Made by a program: the position numbers and the translations under genes. From a virus (Duplodnaviria; Caudoviricetes), in IMG/VR virus record IMGVR_UViG_3300025018_000253, positions 1 through 42,110 of that record: a stretch of 42,110 nt of DNA, one strand, 5' to 3'. Below the pieces are notes generated by a model. The model was given only the letters and a program-made list of their open reading frames with translations, did not search any database and was not told the origin of the DNA. Every line of letters starts with the position of its first letter. Positions within the stretch are counted from its first letter, which is position 1. Below are positions 37,583-42,110 of the stretch, piece after piece.

Positions 37583-39406
37583 CTAAGATATCTTACCTTT
37601 AAAGTATTCTGCCTTCTCTGCTAGAGTATTACCTTTAATTCTTTGAGATGTAATACCTTTAGTGAAAGACTCTGGTTCGCATATTACATATAGCTCTTCT
37701 CTAGCTCTGGTAACTGCTGTATAGAGAAGCTCTCGTTGCAGCATAGTAGCATGAGACTGATGAAGACAGACAAACACTTTTCTCCACTCAGAGCCTTGAG
37801 ATTTATGTACTGTAAGAGCATAAGATAAAAGTAAACCGTTTACTTCGGCAGATTTATCTATTGTCAGCTCATTACCTGTATCTAATAATCGGATAACTAT
37901 AATATGAGAAGCGCGCGTAGTTCTATCTTCTGTATTAGCTATCTGATCTAAAAGTAAGTCTACATCCATAGTATCAGGAGTATAGAAGTTACCTCTGCTA
38001 GCTGCCATTTCCTCCTCTAGCTTAGGATTACAGCCCCAGTAATCTAAGTGATAAGATGCAGGCTGTACTCTAGTTCCGCTATAGGTAGAATTAGGAGTTA
38101 TATCTATTATCTCAGCATCCTCTCTATCATATAGTACGCGATCTCCTATAGATAGATAATGCTTATTAAAGCCTGCCATTATCTCATAGGTTTTAGCGTG
38201 TCGCTTTCTAGCTAGGTGGTTCGCTATTTGAGCATTAAGTTCTATAGTTCCACAAGCTTTATTATAAGGTATAAGGATCATATCCTCTTCCGGATCATAA
38301 GAGCTATTATCTATAGCTGCATTAAAGAAAGCTGCTAGTGTAAGAACTGCATGCTCCGCAGATAGTTTCTTCTTCCAGGGATGCAAAGTAAGCTGACCTT
38401 CTGTTTTCCAGTCAAGGTACTCCTTGGCTAGAATAGGTTTACCTGATAAGATTCTATGAGCTAATTTGATAATAGGAGACTCTAATGCTTGTCTATATAC
38501 TTGTGTCAGTTCTATAGAAGGTAGCTCTAGAAGTTTGAAACCTAAGATAGCAGGCCCAAATACTGGAGGTAGCTGTTGTATATCTCCTATAAAGATCCAC
38601 TGCACTGGATGCAATAATGCTTCACAAAGTTCGGCGTATAGATCTAGAGATAACATAGAAGCTTCTTCTACTATAATAGTGTGGATTGAAGTTGGTAGCG
38701 GATTGGAACTATTCCTAGAAGGAATAAAACGCATAGTTCTTCTAGGTAAGCCTGTTTCTGGATCTTCTACCTCAAAGTATTCTGGTCCGTATTCTAAGAG
38801 CTTATGTACAGTGATACAGTTATGCTTAAGATCGGCGGATTGCACTTTACGAATGTTATTTACCGCGCGCCTAGTAAAGGCAGTCATAACTATTCCAGGT
38901 GCGCCATCTTTAAGATACTTATGTCCATCAGCCTGTAAGACAGGTATAGTAGAGCTAGCTATAAGAGCTTTAATAGCGCCTTGTGAACAGGTAGTTTTAC
39001 CGGTACCGGCTGCACCTATAAGAACAGCGCTTTTACCTGTAGATACAGTATCTATAAATTCTTGTTGCTGAGAGTTATAAGAGATATTTTCGCCTGCCAT
39101 GCCAGTGATAGCTTCTATGGGAGCAGGTGTAGGTATCGGTAGCGGTGGATTGCTTTCTGTAGCTATAACTATATCTTTTTCTGTAGCGTTAACTACTGGA
39201 TCTTTAGAACTAACAGCTTTTTGTGCTTTTGCTTCTGCTAGTTTAGCTCTTAAGATATCTATAGCAGTAAGAGGCTTAGGTTTCGGCTTAGCTGCTGGCA
39301 TCTCTATAGAGGCATCTATAGGTAGCGGATCGCAGGCCGTTTTTATCTCTGCTTCTTTCTTCTCTCTAGCTCTAGCTATTAGCTCAGCCATATTTAGTTT
39401 AATCAT
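37583..39406 (-). CDS. RecD/Dda-like SF1B helicase
   Basis: GAAGTGKTT, EEASM, GDIQQLPPV, YRQ, YALTVHKSQGSEW and LYTAVTRA motifs. Confidence 0.92.
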   Translation of the reverse strand: MIKLNMAELIARAREKKEAEIKTACDPLPIDASIEMPAAKPKPKPLTAIDILRAKLAEAKAQKAVSSKDPVVNATEKDIVIATESNPPLPIPTPAPIEAITGMAGENISYNSQQQEFIDTVSTGKSAVLIGAAGTGKTTCSQGAIKALIASSTIPVLQADGHKYLKDGAPGIVMTAFTRRAVNNIRKVQSADLKHNCITVHKLLEYGPEYFEVEDPETGLPRRTMRFIPSRNSSNPLPTSIHTIIVEEASMLSLDLYAELCEALLHPVQWIFIGDIQQLPPVFGPAILGFKLLELPSIELTQVYRQALESPIIKLAHRILSGKPILAKEYLDWKTEGQLTLHPWKKKLSAEHAVLTLAAFFNAAIDNSSYDPEEDMILIPYNKACGTIELNAQIANHLARKRHAKTYEIMAGFNKHYLSIGDRVLYDREDAEIIDITPNSTYSGTRVQPASYHLDYWGCNPKLEEEMAASRGNFYTPDTMDVDLLLDQIANTEDRTTRASHIIVIRLLDTGNELTIDKSAEVNGLLLSYALTVHKSQGSEWRKVFVCLHQSHATMLQRELLYTAVTRAREELYVICEPESFTKGITSQRIKGNTLAEKAEYFKGKIS

Positions 39407-39415
39407 TGGTAACTC

Positions 39416-40420
39416 CTATAGCCCTAGTTTGTTTAATTCATTTTCTTTTATAGCATTCCTAGCAGCTCTATACGCTAGCTTAGCTTTAAGATAATCTAAT
39501 TGAGAAGAGTAATTCTCCTTCTTAGGTTCTTCTTTCGGTGCTTTCGCTATAATATCAGATACTGCTTTTTCATTAGCTAGCATAGCTTCTAATGTATCAC
39601 TGTCTGCCAAATCTGGCAATAGTTCATAGCCTCTAGCTAGAGTGGAGCCGCCTAAATAGTCTACATGGCAGCTTATACCTTTCTTAAGAACTTCTGAAAG
39701 AGTATGAAAGTGGATTGAGCCTACTTCTATATTACATTCGCAATAGTCTTTTATTTCTTTTAGTGAGGATAAAGGAGTATTAAACATTTTAGTAACATTA
39801 AAGCAGGTTCTTATTATTCGCTTCCATTCTTCCCTTTTAGCTGCCGGGAAGTCTGCTGCTATATCCGCCCAATCTGCTACTATATGAGAGTAGTTCTTAG
39901 TCTCTTCACCTGATAGAATAAGAGTAGATAGATAGTTCTCTATCTTAGCTAGCTCTTTCCTGTCTGAGAGACCTGCTCTATAAGTATGGAAAGAGTTTAT
40001 ATTATCTTGCCAGGCCCTTATCCAGAAACCTACCTGCTCCAGATCAGAATTATTATGAGTAATAGTGTAGCGCGGCTGTTTAAAACCAGGGTGTTTAATA
40101 GCATCAGTCATAGCTAATACGGATACTAACTGAGCTATGTTATTCTCTATAAGTGATCTGGTAGCTTTAGAGGTAGGGTCTATAGTAGCTGGATGTCTCC
40201 ACTCTATTTTTCCTGAGCTATGAAGAAGAGCCAGAAATGTAAGATAGCTATCAGAAGCAGATAGCTTACCTGATGTGTGCAAGGAATAAAGATAGTGTAG
40301 CTGTTGGTGGTTCGCAGCAAACACTGGATGAAAGTAGCCTTCTGTATAAGATATATTAAGTGCAGTCATATAATCAGACTTAAAGCTTATACCAGATATG
40401 GCGCATGTTATAGTAGCCAT
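39416..40420 (-). CDS. Hypothetical protein, 334 aa (start revised to ATG 40420)
   Basis: GAGGA Shine-Dalgarno before ATG GCT ACT; the TTG extension in the track reads through a DNA tandem repeat. Confidence 0.8.
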   Translation of the reverse strand: MATITCAISGISFKSDYMTALNISYTEGYFHPVFAANHQQLHYLYSLHTSGKLSASDSYLTFLALLHSSGKIEWRHPATIDPTSKATRSLIENNIAQLVSVLAMTDAIKHPGFKQPRYTITHNNSDLEQVGFWIRAWQDNINSFHTYRAGLSDRKELAKIENYLSTLILSGEETKNYSHIVADWADIAADFPAAKREEWKRIIRTCFNVTKMFNTPLSSLKEIKDYCECNIEVGSIHFHTLSEVLKKGISCHVDYLGGSTLARGYELLPDLADSDTLEAMLANEKAVSDIIAKAPKEEPKKENYSSQLDYLKAKLAYRAARNAIKENELNKLGL

Positions 40421-40462
40421 AAATAATTTAGTCCTCTGTAATAGGGATGATAGTTTTATTAT

Positions 40463-40498
40463 AGGAATGTCAGAAATATCAGGAATATCAGGAATATC
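40463..40498. repeat. Four 9-bp tandem repeats, consensus AGGAATATC
   Basis: aggaatgtc agaaatatc aggaatatc aggaatatc. Confidence 0.85.
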
Positions 40499-40949
40499 TA
40501 GTAAATTGATCTTTTTCAAAAGCTGCTATCTCTTCTTCTGTCATAAGATCATTCAGATATCTATGTTCTTGCGCACATTCTATTTCTGTAAGAGTACAGC
40601 TAGCAGGTGAAGCCATATATTTCTTATAGCATTCTTCCCATAGCTGCTCCTTGGTTACTCCTTCTCTTATTAAGCTATTAGCTAAGTTATTAGAAGGATT
40701 ATAGGTATTGCCTATCTCTGAAGCCGCGCCTAAAGCCTCCAGACTATTAGCTAGCGGCTTGTTAGATACAACATAGCTAGGAGTAATAGACCTATTAGCT
40801 ATCTTAGTTAGAAATGGATCTAGTGAGGCTATCACACTGAATGCAGTATCAGAGATAGGTAGCTCCGTCTTAGCTTTAGTAACTATCCAAGCTATCTGAA
40901 CAGCGGTAAGAGAAGGACGGTAGCGCTGGGTAGTAGATTTGGTAGACAT
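40488..40949 (-). CDS. Hypothetical protein, 153 aa (start revised to ATG 40949)
   Basis: AAGGA Shine-Dalgarno before ATG TCT ACC; the longer track start lies inside the iteron array. Confidence 0.8.
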   Translation of the reverse strand: MSTKSTTQRYRPSLTAVQIAWIVTKAKTELPISDTAFSVIASLDPFLTKIANRSITPSYVVSNKPLANSLEALGAASEIGNTYNPSNNLANSLIREGVTKEQLWEECYKKYMASPASCTLTEIECAQEHRYLNDLMTEEEIAAFEKDQFTRYS

Positions 40950-41019
40950 AGGCGGATTCCTTTGTAAGGTAAGAGTAAAATAGTTTTTGTAGTTGGCATG
41001 AATTTTGAATTTTGGCAGG

Positions 41020-41530
41020 CTCGCCAAATTGCCAAAAAGTGCCGACATATGCCATTATGCCATAGTGCCAACGAAAAATATACATGTTTCGGTCTATATA
41101 TGGGCCTCTTTTTCTGTCTATCTTACCCAGTTACTACCAATCATCAGATGCACCTAACCCTGTATACCATTAGATATTAGCTAGTAGGTGTATATATCAT
41201 TCTTAGCTATATCTATATATCACTACTTATAAGGTATAATACATCTCTATTTCTATTTGATGTATATTTTCTACCTGTCTTTAATTTTAAAATATAATAA
41301 ATAATATAAATAATTTTTAGCTAGAAATTAAAGATAGCTAGCTAGAAACTTACAGATAGCTAGCTAGAAATCTAGAGATAAATACAGAATGATAGAGATA
41401 AATACAGAATGATAGAAGTTAGCTAGAAAGGGAGGTGAAAAAGAGGCACAAATATATAGATACTTTTCGGAAAAGGTGTCGGCACAATGGCAAAATGTCA
41501 TTTTGTCGGCATTTGGCATTTCTGACAAGT
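41020..41530. other. Putative replication origin: inverted iteron arms flanking an AT-rich core
   Basis: Imperfect ~95-bp inverted repeat (41022-41114 vs 41437-41527) with TGCC arrays; 40-bp pure A/T run at 41280-41319. Confidence 0.6.
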
Positions 41531-41599
41531 GGACAAATTTATTTCTTCAAGCTTAGTAAGAAGAGAAGAAGCGAAGAAGCAAGCAGGAAAGCTATACGC

Positions 41600-41638
41600 A
41601 AAAAAAACCTTACTACTAATAAAAGCTAGTAAGGTTTT
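41600..41638 (-). terminator. Intrinsic terminator ending the first early operon
   Basis: AAAACCTTACTA / TAGTAAGGTTTT stem with a T8 run on the minus strand. Confidence 0.8.
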
Positions 41639-41665
41639 AGATAGGAAAGCTAGCAGAAAGTTAGA

Positions 41666-42043
41666 TTATAAATCTTTTAGTAATTCTTTCACCTCATTAA
41701 TTAAAGCTTTATTATATCCTAAACCTTCAACTACAATACAAGCTATTATTAAAGCGTGTTTTAAATAGCCTAAAGGCCGCAAATTAATTATATTTATTAT
41801 TAGTCCTTGCGTCATTTCTTCTATACTTTGTTCTAGTATTTCAGCATGCAAAGCACTAAACATTTGCGCACTTGTTAAATCATAATGCAGCGCTTTTGCT
41901 TCTTTTAATTTATATGCAAGCTCTTCAATTTTTTCTAGAAAAGATAGACAATCTTCAGTTTTAACTTTTGCCTCAATAAGATAACTTAAAGCTGTTTTTT
42001 GCTCTTCATTGCACATTATTTCAGTACTTATAAAAATAGACAT
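41666..42043 (-). CDS. Early hypothetical protein, AT-rich
   Basis: TAAGGTG Shine-Dalgarno; followed by a terminator. Confidence 0.8.
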   Translation of the reverse strand: MSIFISTEIMCNEEQKTALSYLIEAKVKTEDCLSFLEKIEELAYKLKEAKALHYDLTSAQMFSALHAEILEQSIEEMTQGLIINIINLRPLGYLKHALIIACIVVEGLGYNKALINEVKELLKDL

Positions 42044-42054
42044 AATTCACCTTA

Positions 42055-42110
<56 letters not shown>

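Noticed and set aside
38466-39494. Long antisense ORFs (38466-39071, 39099-39494, also 10642-11187, 16855-17301, 23259-23645 and similar)
   Set aside because: They are shadow frames of well-supported genes and lack ribosome-binding sites or motifs.
40993-41009. Sigma54 promoter-like TTGGCATGAATTTTGAA
   Set aside because: The -12 GC is missing (GA), it points into non-coding DNA, and TGGCA is explained by the iteron family.
41020-41530. MITE/transposon or protelomerase site
   Set aside because: The arms are degenerate arrays rather than clean terminal repeats or a perfect palindrome, and no transposase, recombinase or protelomerase gene was recognised.
40998-41768. + strand ORFs 40998-41180, 41435-41629 and 41529-41768
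   Set aside because: They read through iteron arms, a terminator or the antisense of a real gene, against the orientation of the region. The GGAGG at 41431 abuts the GTG too closely to be a Shine-Dalgarno.

Overview
The window looks like a complete, circularly permuted ~42.1-kb genome of a lytic podovirus-type tailed phage of a Gram-negative host. A minus-strand ORF starting at 325 runs off base 1 and reaches a stop at 42091 when the ends are joined. The + arm (908-25062) encodes terminase, portal, scaffold, capsid, head decoration/spike/fibre proteins, tail adaptor, tail fibre, an embedded lysis cassette, tail nozzle and ejection proteins. The - arm (25079-42110 plus 1-325) encodes early and replication genes: dNMP kinase, DHH phosphoesterase, DUF3987-like ATPase, family A DNA polymerase, SSB-like protein, Sak4-like ATPase, Cas4-like nuclease and RecD/Dda-like helicase. 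I recognised no RNA polymerase, primase, integrase, tRNA or CRISPR array. The most notable unexplained signals are: (1) a mirror-symmetric iteron/AT-core element at ~41020-41530, a probable origin; (2) an ATGATTCC-N27-TAGTAT motif upstream of two late operons; (3) two pure tetranucleotide microsatellites in 5' leaders; (4) shared short basic and acidic peptide motifs on the replication proteins; (5) a 79-aa protein resembling part of the phage's own terminase; (6) a His762 polymerase; (7) a head fibre with a probable C-terminal anchor peptide. All family assignments are by eye from motifs; no searches were run.
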